Virus record (IMG/VR): IMGVR_UViG_3300045003_000080
Location: 1-64,000 of that record
Direction: 5' to 3' (one strand)
Length of the DNA: 64,000 bases
Source of the DNA: a virus
Shown: positions 17,903 to 27,484 of the stretch, piece after piece
How the letters are laid out: each line of letters begins with the position of its first letter
Numbering within the stretch: position 1 is the stretch's first letter
Notes under the pieces: model-generated
What the model saw: only the letters and a program-made list of their open reading frames with translations
The model's database searches: none
What the model was told of the DNA's origin: nothing
Translations under genes and position numbers: made by a program

Positions 17903-18442
17903 ATGGGACGCGCACCGATCATCGAAGACAGGTACTACGCCGACCGGACTAACCCCCTGATCATCGTGCGGCCCTGGTCCGTCGAACCGCGCGCCGTACA
18001 CCTTGACGTTATCCACCGCATGCACCGCGACCAGGCGCCCGACGACACCATGGGCAAAAGCGCGTTCCGGGCACAGTTCAAACTCATCACGCCCGAACCC
18101 CCGTGCGACCCTGCCCGCTACTACACCGTAGACCTTTGCCAGTGCTGCATGGTCATGCTCGCGAACGGCGACGGATGCCAGTGCGGAGACGACACACGCC
18201 AGCATCCGGCCGGACTCATGGGCAACCTGGTCGACGAGGAGATCACGCTCGGCGCACTCGCAGAGGAGCACGACAGCAAGTGTCCGGTCAACGTCTACGG
18301 GTCACACTCGCCCCTGCCGGGCGAATTCGAATGCGACTGCGAAACTGACACGTTCTCGGGCGTCCCGTGCGACGGATGCGGCACTCACCTCGCAGGGGAA
18401 CGCCGCAAGGCAACCGGTTGGGTCAAGGCTCCGGCTGAGTAG
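17903..18442 (+). CDS. Cys-rich hypothetical protein
   Basis: AAGGGG RBS; CQCC and CDGC motifs. Confidence 0.75.
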   Translation: MGRAPIIEDRYYADRTNPLIIVRPWSVEPRAVHLDVIHRMHRDQAPDDTMGKSAFRAQFKLITPEPPCDPARYYTVDLCQCCMVMLANGDGCQCGDDTRQHPAGLMGNLVDEEITLGALAEEHDSKCPVNVYGSHSPLPGEFECDCETDTFSGVPCDGCGTHLAGERRKATGWVKAPAE

Positions 18443-18502
18443 GCGTCCGGGCCACACGGCGCGCCGTGTGGTAACCGGTCGGTACTCAGAAAGGGAACGA
18501 TC

Positions 18503-18853
18503 ATGCGTCCATGGGATGAGAAAGCGAAACCCTACCGGGCAGCAGCCGAAGCGGCATTCAACGCGTTTCAGGCAAACCGCACGCCCGAAAACGACACTGC
18601 ACTAGCTGAAGCGCGCGCCGCATGGTTCGAATACCAGCGCACCGAAATCGAAGTCGGATACTCGCCTAAGCGTATCCACTTTATGGAGCCTGGAAAGCGC
18701 GAGCGACGCGAAGCACTATGCGGCGCAATGATCGAAGCGCGCTCCATCATGACCTATAAGGCATGGCGTAATGCAATCCCGAACCCACGCCGACTCATGT
18801 GCGAGAAATGCATGAATCACCCGAAAGCCGTAGAACAGAATGGGGACTACTGA
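18503..18853 (+). CDS. hypothetical protein
   Basis: AAAGGGA RBS; H...LCG...CEKC. Confidence 0.7.
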   Translation: MRPWDEKAKPYRAAAEAAFNAFQANRTPENDTALAEARAAWFEYQRTEIEVGYSPKRIHFMEPGKRERREALCGAMIEARSIMTYKAWRNAIPNPRRLMCEKCMNHPKAVEQNGDY

Positions 18854-18855
18854 TC

Positions 18856-19305
18856 ATGAGCGACCTCGAATTGATCATGGCGGACGTGACGCGCTCATGG
18901 CGCACCGCCACACCGATTTACGACGGAACCGCGCGCGCCATTGCAGCCGGATTCCATGGCGGAAACAATGAGGCTTTCACCTCATTCTCGAGCACCGGTG
19001 CCATTCTGGCGGATTTTATCGCCGAGATTCAGGCAGAATCCGCTTTCGTCGAACGGCACGCGCACAACTTCGACCCACACAAGCGCGTCGGAGACCTGGG
19101 GACCGCGCGCCAAAACCTCGCCATGCTCGCCAAACTGGCGGAGTATGCCGCATTCTACGGCACGCGTGGGCCCGTCGAACGCTGGTCGCATGTCTGGGCT
19201 GACAAGCTGGCCCCGGAAGACGAATACAACGGTTGCGGAACGTGTGGCGGGAAGGGGCCGCGACATGAGCCGAACTGTCCAGAGCAGCCGGAAGACGGCG
19301 ACTGA
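18856..19305 (+). CDS. hypothetical protein
   Basis: Follows the previous gene closely. Confidence 0.7.
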   Translation: MSDLELIMADVTRSWRTATPIYDGTARAIAAGFHGGNNEAFTSFSSTGAILADFIAEIQAESAFVERHAHNFDPHKRVGDLGTARQNLAMLAKLAEYAAFYGTRGPVERWSHVWADKLAPEDEYNGCGTCGGKGPRHEPNCPEQPEDGD

Positions 19306-19388
19306 CGGACACCTTTGCCTGCCTACCGGCCGTGTGGTCGGTATGGCGGGAATGGGTGTCTGACTGGCAGGCACACGAAGGGGGAAAC

Positions 19389-19601
19389 ATGATCGTTAAG
19401 GCGCTGTTGCGCGACTACTTCGGACCGCTCGTGATCGCACTCGCCGTGCTGGGCTCCGCTATCGGCGCCGGGTACCTGATCACCCACACGACCGTCTACA
19501 ACGCGCCCGGTAACGCGGGAATCGTCATCGGCGTGCCGTGCGTGAACGTCGGTTTTGAGTGGCGAGGCACGCCCGGACCGATCGTGGACACCTGCGACTA
19601 G
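19389..19601 (+). CDS. small membrane protein
   Basis: AAGGGGG RBS; one hydrophobic helix. Confidence 0.6.
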   Translation: MIVKALLRDYFGPLVIALAVLGSAIGAGYLITHTTVYNAPGNAGIVIGVPCVNVGFEWRGTPGPIVDTCD

Positions 19602-19638
19602 ACTCGACACGCGGCTTGACAGGATAGGAGAGCACGAC

Positions 19639-19887
19639 ATGAGCAGCAAAGACACGGAAGTCGTGAAGACGATCGAAAGCCTGAAGCGCGCAAACAACAG
19701 CGTGAACGGCAATCCGTCATGGATCGTCACGTGCACGGACGGAACCGTGCTGCGTACGCAGTCCGACGCGAGCGTCAGCTACGCGCTCGATAACCCGAAC
19801 TTCCGGAACGTGCCCGTACGGTTCACCCTTACGGCAGCCGGACGGATCAGGTACGCCAAACCGGAACCGGGCGCCGACGCTGTTTAG
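19639..19887 (+). CDS. hypothetical protein
   Basis: AGGAG RBS; SVNGNPSW motif. Confidence 0.7.
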   Translation: MSSKDTEVVKTIESLKRANNSVNGNPSWIVTCTDGTVLRTQSDASVSYALDNPNFRNVPVRFTLTAAGRIRYAKPEPGADAV

Positions 19888-19952
19888 CGGCATCCATAAC
19901 TGAATATTGGCCCGTGTGGTCGCCACGCGGGCGGTAACGATTCGGTATCGTC

Positions 19953-19995
19953 TTTCATCACGCAGACTTGACAGAGTTAGCGGAGGTGAGACGAT
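19953..19995 (+). promoter_or_regulatory. conserved early promoter/operator, copy 6
   Basis: TTTCATCACGCAGAC-TTGACA-16 nt-GACGAT. Confidence 0.7.
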
Positions 19996-20031
19996 ACCCG
20001 GGCGACACCAGCCAACCAAAGGGAGCACACC

Positions 20032-22002
20032 ATGCGCACCGCAACCGTCAACGGCATCAGAGCAGCACTCCGCGCACGCGGAATCACCGTGCTCAATGCG
20101 AACGACACACGCGCGTTCACGTGGAACAGCGAAACCGGAAACGCACTCACAGACGGCGCAACGGTGATCACCGTAACCGCGTACACTCCCACGCCCGACA
20201 GCATGGCCGCACCGGTCCAGATCAAGGTCTACGCGCAACGTGACGCGGACGCTGAGGCACTGGCGCGGCGCGTCTCTGACACGCTGTCCGACTACACCGG
20301 ATACGGGCTCTGGCCATACAACGCGGACGACTACACCGACACACAGACCACCGACCAGACTGAGAACGACGCTCCGACGCGCCCACGTTATGGCGTGCTG
20401 CACTCCGCGATCGACGGATACTACATCTGGGATTCGGTCGAGTTCACGGAAGTCCGCGCCGAACCGCACGACGGCACCGTGCGTATCTGGCGCACCGATA
20501 ACAAGTCGGTAGCCGACGAGTACGCCGCACGACTCAACAGCGAACCGAACGGCCCGGACACAGCGCCGTTCAAACTTGGCCAGACAATCAAGGTCAAGGC
20601 GGACGCGCTTTCCCCTTACAAGGGGCAGATCGGCCGAATCGAAGTTGTCCACCCTGTCGAGAACCGGCGCCACGATTACGACGTGCGCATTCCGGGCGTT
20701 GACCACTACGTGCTGTTCAACGCGCGTGACCTCGAACCGATCAGCGCCGATGAACTCCGCAAACTCCAAGACGAGGCAACCGAAATCGGTATCTCGCGCG
20801 GTTGGGATCACGCGAACTTTGTGAACGCGTACGGGGGAGAATTGCACGGGCATGTGGACGTCCCGTTGACGTACGCGGTTATCGACTGGTCGTTCTACCG
20901 CTCCGGATTCGAAACCGGCATTGACCGCTACGAAAACGGCCAGTGGCAAGACGGAACCTCACGCGATGACGAGGGAGACGACACGGGAACGGAGCCCAGT
21001 GCGCAGCACTGCGCCACGATCGGACACGGTGACCGGATCGGCACACACCGACTCCTCATGCTCATGGAAGACGGAACCTGGTCACTCGACCGCGTGTGCG
21101 CCACATGCGACCGGTACTACCAAACGTATGCGGGGAAAGTTGGCCCGCACGCACTCGCTATCCCCGTACCGACCGACCGGACCACGCTCACGGTCGGCTA
21201 CGTACCCGACATGGCCATAAGCGTTTGGCCCGTCGAAACCACCGACGGCGACACCCGCTACGGGCACATGCTCACACTCGGTCGCGACACCCTATACGCC
21301 GGCGTTGACATCAGCATCCCTGCAACCCAACACTCCGCACACGCCGCATTCGCCGTAGCCGCACGCATCATCGCGCAAGCGGATCACGCCGACAGTAGCG
21401 ACTACGGCACACGAGACGGCGACTGCCCGGAACACGGCAAGCCTTACACCGAGTGCGGGACCTATCGGCGCGTCTACATGTACGCCGACAGCTTGGGCAT
21501 GTGGCGGGAAGACTGGGCAGGCGAGCACGGCAACGTGTGGGATTCACTCGGGTACGTCGGACACTTCGAAGCGATCATGCACGACAACCACGACGTGTTG
21601 ATCGGTTTCGGGAAGGTCAACGGCATCACGCCGCACGAAATGATCTCCCAATACTTCGAACTCGTCGGCGCCGAACCGAGCGACGCGCAACGACACGGAT
21701 ACATCACCTGGGCAAAGATCATCGGCGCCGAACACGGCGCGCACGTCGTCAACTTCCTACACGTAGGCGACGCGAACGACGCGCAACAGATCATCGACGC
21801 GGGAACCGACACGATCATTCCGGCCGTGCAAGACGCGTTCGACTACGCCGACCAGGCCAACACGTACGGGCCGGATGACCTACTCGGGGAACTCGACCTC
21901 GAAGCGGACGCGGATCACACGCTGTGGAACGCGTACAACGACGCGTATCGGGACCAGGCCATGCGGGACATGATCGAACGGGCACGGGACTACCTCGCGT
22001 GA
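20032..22002 (+). CDS. large multidomain hypothetical protein
   Basis: 656-aa ORF, AAAGGGAG RBS. Confidence 0.8.
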   Translation: MRTATVNGIRAALRARGITVLNANDTRAFTWNSETGNALTDGATVITVTAYTPTPDSMAAPVQIKVYAQRDADAEALARRVSDTLSDYTGYGLWPYNADDYTDTQTTDQTENDAPTRPRYGVLHSAIDGYYIWDSVEFTEVRAEPHDGTVRIWRTDNKSVADEYAARLNSEPNGPDTAPFKLGQTIKVKADALSPYKGQIGRIEVVHPVENRRHDYDVRIPGVDHYVLFNARDLEPISADELRKLQDEATEIGISRGWDHANFVNAYGGELHGHVDVPLTYAVIDWSFYRSGFETGIDRYENGQWQDGTSRDDEGDDTGTEPSAQHCATIGHGDRIGTHRLLMLMEDGTWSLDRVCATCDRYYQTYAGKVGPHALAIPVPTDRTTLTVGYVPDMAISVWPVETTDGDTRYGHMLTLGRDTLYAGVDISIPATQHSAHAAFAVAARIIAQADHADSSDYGTRDGDCPEHGKPYTECGTYRRVYMYADSLGMWREDWAGEHGNVWDSLGYVGHFEAIMHDNHDVLIGFGKVNGITPHEMISQYFELVGAEPSDAQRHGYITWAKIIGAEHGAHVVNFLHVGDANDAQQIIDAGTDTIIPAVQDAFDYADQANTYGPDDLLGELDLEADADHTLWNAYNDAYRDQAMRDMIERARDYLA

Positions 22003-22015
22003 CGGATCGTGGGGG

Positions 22016-22043
22016 AACGGTGCCTCACCGCGAGGCACCGTTT
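22016..22043 (+). terminator. intrinsic terminator abutting the promoter motif
   Basis: AACGGTGCCTC/GAGGCACCGTT stem. Confidence 0.6.
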
Positions 22044-22084
22044 CATCACGCACGCTTGACGATGTTAGAGCACGGTGGTTGACT
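22041..22084 (+). promoter_or_regulatory. conserved early promoter/operator, copy 7
   Basis: TTTCATCACGCACGC-TTGACG-ATGTTAG; weak -10. Confidence 0.65.
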
Positions 22085-22115
22085 GGACACCAAGCCAACC
22101 AAGGGAGCGCAAACC

Positions 22116-22595
22116 ATGATCATTCAGCCGCAAAGCACACACATCGTGGACTCACGCACACGCGTACTCGCCTACCGCTCCCCATGGGAACAGCGCGAGG
22201 CAGCAGACTACGCGCGCGCGGCTGGTTACCAGGTCGAGTACGTGGCGACGACCGGCATCAAGATCCACAAGCCGACGATCATGGAAAAGCAACGCGCCTA
22301 CTGGGCAGCACATCCCGTCGCGCGCCGCGTCACCCTCGTGTGCGCACTCGCCATGATCCCGTACGTCGGCTGGGCCATGATCGTCTACTACGCGTGCAAA
22401 TGGCGCCGGGAACACCTCCGCAACAGGCCCAGCGCGGCCCACACGACGCGCCAGACACGCCGACAGACCACACGGCCAGAAACACACACCGCACGCCCAC
22501 ACGCCACCATACGCCCCGGACTCGGCGCAGCACCGACCAGGCCCAGCGCATACACACACAACGGCGAAACCCTCGAATGCGAATGGGCCGCGTGA
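22116..22595 (+). CDS. membrane protein
   Basis: AAGGGAG RBS; hydrophobic segment. Confidence 0.65.
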   Translation: MIIQPQSTHIVDSRTRVLAYRSPWEQREAADYARAAGYQVEYVATTGIKIHKPTIMEKQRAYWAAHPVARRVTLVCALAMIPYVGWAMIVYYACKWRREHLRNRPSAAHTTRQTRRQTTRPETHTARPHATIRPGLGAAPTRPSAYTHNGETLECEWAA

Positions 22596-22597
22596 TC

Positions 22598-22879
22598 ATG
22601 GCCAAACGTGGACAACGCTACCCCTACCGTGTCGTATTCGAATACCCCAACGGCGTAAAAGCACGCAACGTCGCGGGCAGCCTGGTCGAAGCCGCATCAG
22701 AAACGGCCGGACTCCTGAGACGCGGCGCCGAGGTCACCCTCATTGAGGTCAACCCTGAGACGCGCGCCGAGACGACGCTACACAGCTTCACGCCCGACGA
22801 CATGCCCGAACCGGAAGACGACGACTACCCCTACAGGGGCGACACAGACCACGTACTCAAAATGATCAAGGGAGAATGA
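22598..22879 (+). CDS. hypothetical protein
   Basis: MAKRGQRYPY...; coupled to the next gene. Confidence 0.65.
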   Translation: MAKRGQRYPYRVVFEYPNGVKARNVAGSLVEAASETAGLLRRGAEVTLIEVNPETRAETTLHSFTPDDMPEPEDDDYPYRGDTDHVLKMIKGE

Positions 22880-23355
22880 TCATGAGCACCTATGTCCTCA
22901 TCGGCGCACAACGCGACGGAACGCGCATCGCCGTCGAAGCACGACACGAAACCCAAACCAGCGACTACACCACCACCCAACACGAACAGCGCACCGGACC
23001 GCACGCCAGACTCGCGCTCTCCGTACTCGGCTGGTATGGACTCACCAGCGACCCAGACACGGCCGGACAGGTGGGCAACATGCTCGCCGACATCACACGG
23101 CCAGCCGGAACCCTCACCCACGCAGACATCAAACGACTCGCCGAAATCTGGGACCGGTGGCACCTCAATGACAGGCGCGCCGCATGCGCACACATGGAAC
23201 TGCCCGACGATCCGTCATACGACGCGCGCCGAGACATCACCTGCCCCGAAACCGGGTACCGCTACGGCCACGCATGGCTAGTTGAGCCCCTGCCTGACGG
23301 ACTCTGGGACGAAGTCCGGGCAATCCTCGCCAAAGGCGAAAAACTAGACAACTGA
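22876..23355 (+). CDS. hypothetical phage protein
   Basis: IWDRWHLND...CPETGYRYGHAWLVEPLP motif. Confidence 0.75.
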   Translation: MIMSTYVLIGAQRDGTRIAVEARHETQTSDYTTTQHEQRTGPHARLALSVLGWYGLTSDPDTAGQVGNMLADITRPAGTLTHADIKRLAEIWDRWHLNDRRAACAHMELPDDPSYDARRDITCPETGYRYGHAWLVEPLPDGLWDEVRAILAKGEKLDN

Positions 23356-23368
23356 CGTACCCCACACC

Positions 23369-23400
23369 AGGCCCAGCCGTGTCGACGGCTGGGCCTTTCT
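23369..23400 (+). terminator. intrinsic terminator
   Basis: AGGCCCAGCCGT/ACGGCTGGGCCT stem then TTCT. Confidence 0.75.
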
Positions 23401-23448
23401 GCTACCCACATGTCAACAGGCGAATATCGATTTGTCGACAAAGACAGA

Positions 23449-23824
23449 ACTGGAGTACCCCAACTGGAGTACCTGAATAGAACCATTCACCCGACCGACC
23501 AACCTGAATAACAACACCCCACCTGCATACCTGCACACATGCGCAGATGAGAACACCCCACCCCCAACACAAAACAGCAATGTCTATAAGATGACTGCCA
23601 AGGATAGGGCTAGAAGGGGGGAAGGGGCAACGCTCACGGCCTGCGGGTAGCTGTTGGCTACCCTACCATGGGTCGGTCGGTGGCGGGGGCGCTGCGTTGG
23701 TTCTGGCCATGATCAAGGATCTTGGTTTTGTGCCACTGGAGTACCCCAGTTGGGGGATGCCAGCTACTGGCTGTGCGTATAAGTAACGCTGTGTAGCTGA
23801 ATGGAGTACCCCAATGGAGGTACT
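23449..23824. repeat. iteron-like direct repeats TGGAGTACCCCA
   Basis: Perfect copies at 23451, 23737 and 23802; partial copies at 23465 and 23815. Confidence 0.8.
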
Positions 23825-24404
23825 GATTTGCTGCTGCCGGGCCCACTCCCACGCCCTCGTCTATGGTATGACCAGCTCTGTAGCCTCATGATCACAACAT
23901 AATCGGAGTTATGTAGTACTGCGCCCGGCTCGAAACGTAGGGCAGGGGGGAATCCCTAGCGATTCCAGCGAAGTGCACCCCGTACCCGTGCGCGTCGGTG
24001 CGTCTGTCGAGCCGTACCCGCCACCTCGCCGGCGATCATGCTGTGTATCAACCAGCTGTCGCCGGCGAGTCCACGCGTTGATATCAATGTCAGGGGGTCA
24101 GCGCTCATAGGCGATCATGGACCACGCACAGCCCGCTTCCCGCGTGTGTTTTTCCCCTCTTTTCCGGCTATGGTAATAGCGTGAGATGGTGTGAGAAGTG
24201 CGCCGAGCGCCTCTCCCTTTCCTTTTTATTTAATCCCACCTCCTACCGCTACCGAACAGATGTTTCATTCTTTGTTCACAGGCTGCGTGGGCTTTGGCTG
24301 GTGGTGTTGTCCACCTTCTTCTTTCTGGCTATGGTATTTCGTTGCTATGGGTGTGGCCGACGTGCGCCGGCCCTGTTTTTCTTTAATCCCACCCCTCACG
24401 TCTT

Positions 24405-24420
24405 TAGAACATCAGTTCGA
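24405..24420. promoter_or_regulatory. LexA SOS-box-like site
   Basis: TAGAAC-ATCA-GTTCGA versus the actinobacterial consensus TCGAAC-N4-GTTCGA; weaker copy at 24252-24267. Confidence 0.6.
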
Positions 24421-24573
24421 TACGTTCGGCGTGCGGGCGGCTGCCGGGTGTTTCGTGAGGGGAAAACGGTCAAAACCCTGTCCTCAGCGTCTCGCTGGGC
24501 ACCATGCCCGGCAGCCACTGTGTATATGTCGTGGTGTCGGGCGAACGTTGGGTTTCCGGCTATGGTATGACGC

Positions 24574-24891
24574 ATGAATTCTCCTGTGTCTGACGCCTCG
24601 TCGTCGGAACTCGCCCGTGAGCGGTGGGTGTCTGTCGTGTGTGATGTGTTGGCGGAGCATCCGGAGTGGGCTGGCGTGACGGTGGGCGCGATGCAGCAGG
24701 GGCTTCTGGACGCGTTGGATCGGCGTTCGGAGCGCTTGTCGACGGTGAGTCTGGGTCTGTACGAGGCGCTGAGCACGCGTCCGGGTGTGAAGCGGCGTCG
24801 CCGGGACGTGATCGTGGACGCGATTAAGGCGAGCAACTTCCATCCGACGAAGTGGTCGGCTGAGATGCTCGCGAGGGGGGAGCGGCTGTGA
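24574..24891 (+). CDS. hypothetical protein (leaderless)
   Basis: TATGGT 7 nt before the ATG. Confidence 0.6.
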   Translation: MNSPVSDASSSELARERWVSVVCDVLAEHPEWAGVTVGAMQQGLLDALDRRSERLSTVSLGLYEALSTRPGVKRRRRDVIVDAIKASNFHPTKWSAEMLARGERL

Positions 24892-25094
24892 GTCAGTGGT
24901 TTGGTGGTTCGGGTTGGTGTCCGGCGACGGATGTGTGGGAGCACGTGGCTGTGCCGGTGGGGGAGCGGTGTGTGTGCGGGGAGCTGATCGGGGAGGGCGA
25001 TGAGGGGTTCGTGTTCCCGAACATCCCGGCCGAGTTCACGGTTTGGCATCGTCGGTGTTGGGAGGCGCAGACGCCGGCGCCGCCTGCGCGTTGA
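24888..25094 (+). CDS. small Zn-binding-like protein
   Basis: GTGA coupling; CxC...HxxC. Confidence 0.55.
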   Translation: MSQWFGGSGWCPATDVWEHVAVPVGERCVCGELIGEGDEGFVFPNIPAEFTVWHRRCWEAQTPAPPAR

Positions 25095-25193
25095 GTTCCT
25101 GCTGTGGGATGACTGTGGCCCCCTGCTTGAGCGGGAGGCCACAGGTGTTGTGTTACTACACAGCAATGCTGTCACAACGACCTTCATACGGTA

Positions 25194-25513
25194 TCACGCG
25201 CCTGGGGTTGGGGGGAGTGGCGCCCTGTCGGTGGTGTCGTGGGTGTTGTAGTAGTGGGCGAGTGCGGTGATCTCTTCCCGGGTGTGCGTGATGTAGCTGT
25301 CGTCTTCGTTGGGCGAGTCGTTGCCGGTCTGGTACGTCTCGGTTGTGCGGCTGCCGAGTGGTTCCCGGTAGATGGTGATGAGCCGGTAGCAGTCGGGGGT
25401 TCGTTGTCGGGTGGGAGTGTGCCGGTGTGGCAGACGCGGTGGTCGCCTTTGTAGGCGAAGCCCCGGGCGGGTTTGCCGCAATGGGCGCATGGGGTGGGTT
25501 CGTGGTTGGTCAT
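25194..25513 (-). pseudogene. frameshifted Cys/His-rich gene
   Basis: MTNHEPTPCAHC...RVCH...EP appears to continue as PDCYRLITIYREPLG in another frame across a C5 run (25395-25399); GAAAGG RBS. Confidence 0.5.
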
Positions 25514-25571
25514 TCGTTGGGGGCGCCTTTCTGTTTTTGGGGTTTGCTCACCCCTCCATGACGGCGATGAT

Positions 25572-25898
25572 ATGACTATGGAGCAGTGTTGGTGTGGCCG
25601 TGACCTCCCCGTGCGTCGCGGCAGGGTCGGGCGGCACTCCGAGTGGTTCCACACGCGCCTTCGTTTCCTGCTTGAGGGGCGGCTTGTGGTGCGGCTTGGC
25701 GATGAGGCCGACCTGGTGTTGCGGCGTGCGGAGACGATGACGGACAAGGCGTTTATCACGATGGCGTTGCCGATCGTGGGTGGTTCGACGTGGCATGGGC
25801 CGATGCCGCCTGGTGTGGATCCGGCCCGGGTGGCGTCGTGGCGTGCGGCGCAGGCGACGGTTCCGTTTGGCGAGAGGGTTCGTGTCGTTGACTCGTAG
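25572..25898 (+). CDS. hypothetical protein
   Basis: MTMEQCWCG... Confidence 0.55.
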   Translation: MTMEQCWCGRDLPVRRGRVGRHSEWFHTRLRFLLEGRLVVRLGDEADLVLRRAETMTDKAFITMALPIVGGSTWHGPMPPGVDPARVASWRAAQATVPFGERVRVVDS

Positions 25899-26337
25899 TG
25901 ATGTGTGGTCGGCGTTGGCGAGGCAGTTGGCGGATGTGCGGCGTGTGCGGGGGTTGGGTGTGGTGGAGGTGGCGGCGCGTGTGGGGGTGCCGACCAGTCG
26001 ACTGGAGGAGTGGGAGGCGGGGGTGGGGTCTCCGTCGGTGTCGGAGTTTGTGGATTGGACGCTGGTTGTGGGGTGTGAGTTGGTGGTGCGGCCGAGTTTG
26101 AGGCGGGGGCGGGGTTCGGCTGCGATGGGTGCGTGGGAGCAAATCGTCAAGGTGTTGTCGGCCGAGTTGCCTTCGTATGGTGGGTGGTGTCCGTCGGAGC
26201 AGAAGTTGGCGGAGCGGTTCGGTGTGAGTCGGGGGATGGTGCGTCGCGCGTTGGAGGTGTTGCAGGGGCGTAGGTTGGTGGAGCCGGTGTGGGGGCGTGG
26301 GTGGCGTGTCCTCCACCCCGATGCTGCTACTGTATGA
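25888..26337 (+). CDS. XRE-HTH plus GntR-type winged-helix fusion regulator
   Basis: EVAARVGVPTSRLEEWEAG (XRE) and PSEQKLAERFGVSRGMVRRAL...GRG (GntR). Confidence 0.8.
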   Translation: MTRSDVWSALARQLADVRRVRGLGVVEVAARVGVPTSRLEEWEAGVGSPSVSEFVDWTLVVGCELVVRPSLRRGRGSAAMGAWEQIVKVLSAELPSYGGWCPSEQKLAERFGVSRGMVRRALEVLQGRRLVEPVWGRGWRVLHPDAATV

Positions 26338-26615
26338 CGACCGTCCCTTCCATACTTCCAGCGTTCAGCCAGTAGTCGATCCGAGGGGGCGCTTGCCGGT
26401 CTCGTCCCGGTTCCCATACCGTGAACGCAGGCGTCCCCCTATTGCATAACGGTGCCCTAATGACGACCGGGGGACGCCACACCCCCAGTTTCGTGTTACC
26501 ATCGGTGTGCGGCCATGGTGCCGCTTCCGAGTCTGGTTGGCTTGGAACTCGCGGCCCTCGAATCCCTCACCGGTCGGGGGCCGCGACCCTTTCCCCTCCC
26601 GTTCGAGGAGCCCCC

Positions 26616-26816
26616 GTGTCTCCGTATGCGCGCGTGATGCTGCCGGTCGTCGTGGCGAGTTTCGGCGTGGGGTGTCTCGCTGGCGCCGCCACGCGGGGTC
26701 CGGTGTATATGCCCGTGATGATTACGGTCGCGGGCGTCGTCGCGTTTGTCCTGGGGTATTGGTCGGACTGGTTGTCGGCGTGGTGGCGCAGTTGGATCGC
26801 GAAGCGGAGGGCGTAG
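26616..26816 (+). CDS. small two-helix membrane protein
   Basis: GAGGAG RBS, GTG start. Confidence 0.6.
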   Translation: MSPYARVMLPVVVASFGVGCLAGAATRGPVYMPVMITVAGVVAFVLGYWSDWLSAWWRSWIAKRRA

Positions 26817-27484
26817 TGGCGTCGTTTTACACGGCTGATCTGCATTTCGGCCACGCGAACATCATCAGCTTGTGTGATCGTCCGTTCGCTGACGTCGGCA
26901 AGATGGACGAGGGGCTTATCAAGAGGTGGAATGAGGTGGTGGGCCCCGACGACACGGTGTACGTGGTCGGGGATGTGGCGTTGTCGCCGAAGCAGCTGAG
27001 CCCTGTGTGCCTGTTGAATGGGCGCAAGATCCTGGTCGCCGGTAACCACGACAGCTGTCATCGGATGCATCGCGGGTGGCGGCGTGCGGTGCCGGTGTAT
27101 ATGGATGCTGGGTTTGTGTCGGTGGTGGTGGGGGGTATCGTCACCGATCATGATCTTGGCGGGGGTGTGGTGGTGGATCTCGCGCATCTGCCGTATGCGG
27201 GGGATTCGCGTCCGGAGGATCGGTACGCACGGTGGCGCCCCGAAGATCGTGGCAATGTGTTGCTGTGTGGGCACGTCCATACGGCGTGGGCGGTGAGCGG
27301 GCGGCAGATAAACGTGGGTGTCGACGTCCACGACTACTGCCCGGTGTCGCAGGAGCGGGTGCGGGAGTTGGTGCTCGCGGTTGGCGCCTCACCGCCAGCA
27401 ACGTGTTACGATAGGACTTGCTGGTGCGAGGGCTCTCCACACCTGCAATCGAGCGCACCAGCACAGCCACCCCTCTCCGCCTAG
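26816..27484 (+). CDS. calcineurin-like metallophosphoesterase
   Basis: ADLHFGH, VGD, GNHD, HLP, CGHVH motifs. Confidence 0.92.
   Translation: MASFYTADLHFGHANIISLCDRPFADVGKMDEGLIKRWNEVVGPDDTVYVVGDVALSPKQLSPVCLLNGRKILVAGNHDSCHRMHRGWRRAVPVYMDAGFVSVVVGGIVTDHDLGGGVVVDLAHLPYAGDSRPEDRYARWRPEDRGNVLLCGHVHTAWAVSGRQINVGVDVHDYCPVSQERVRELVLAVGASPPATCYDRTCWCEGSPHLQSSAPAQPPLSA

Noticed and set aside
24181-24577. ORFs of 128-129 aa in the origin-like region
   Set aside because: Atypical composition, no RBS, and they overlap duplicated regulatory motifs.
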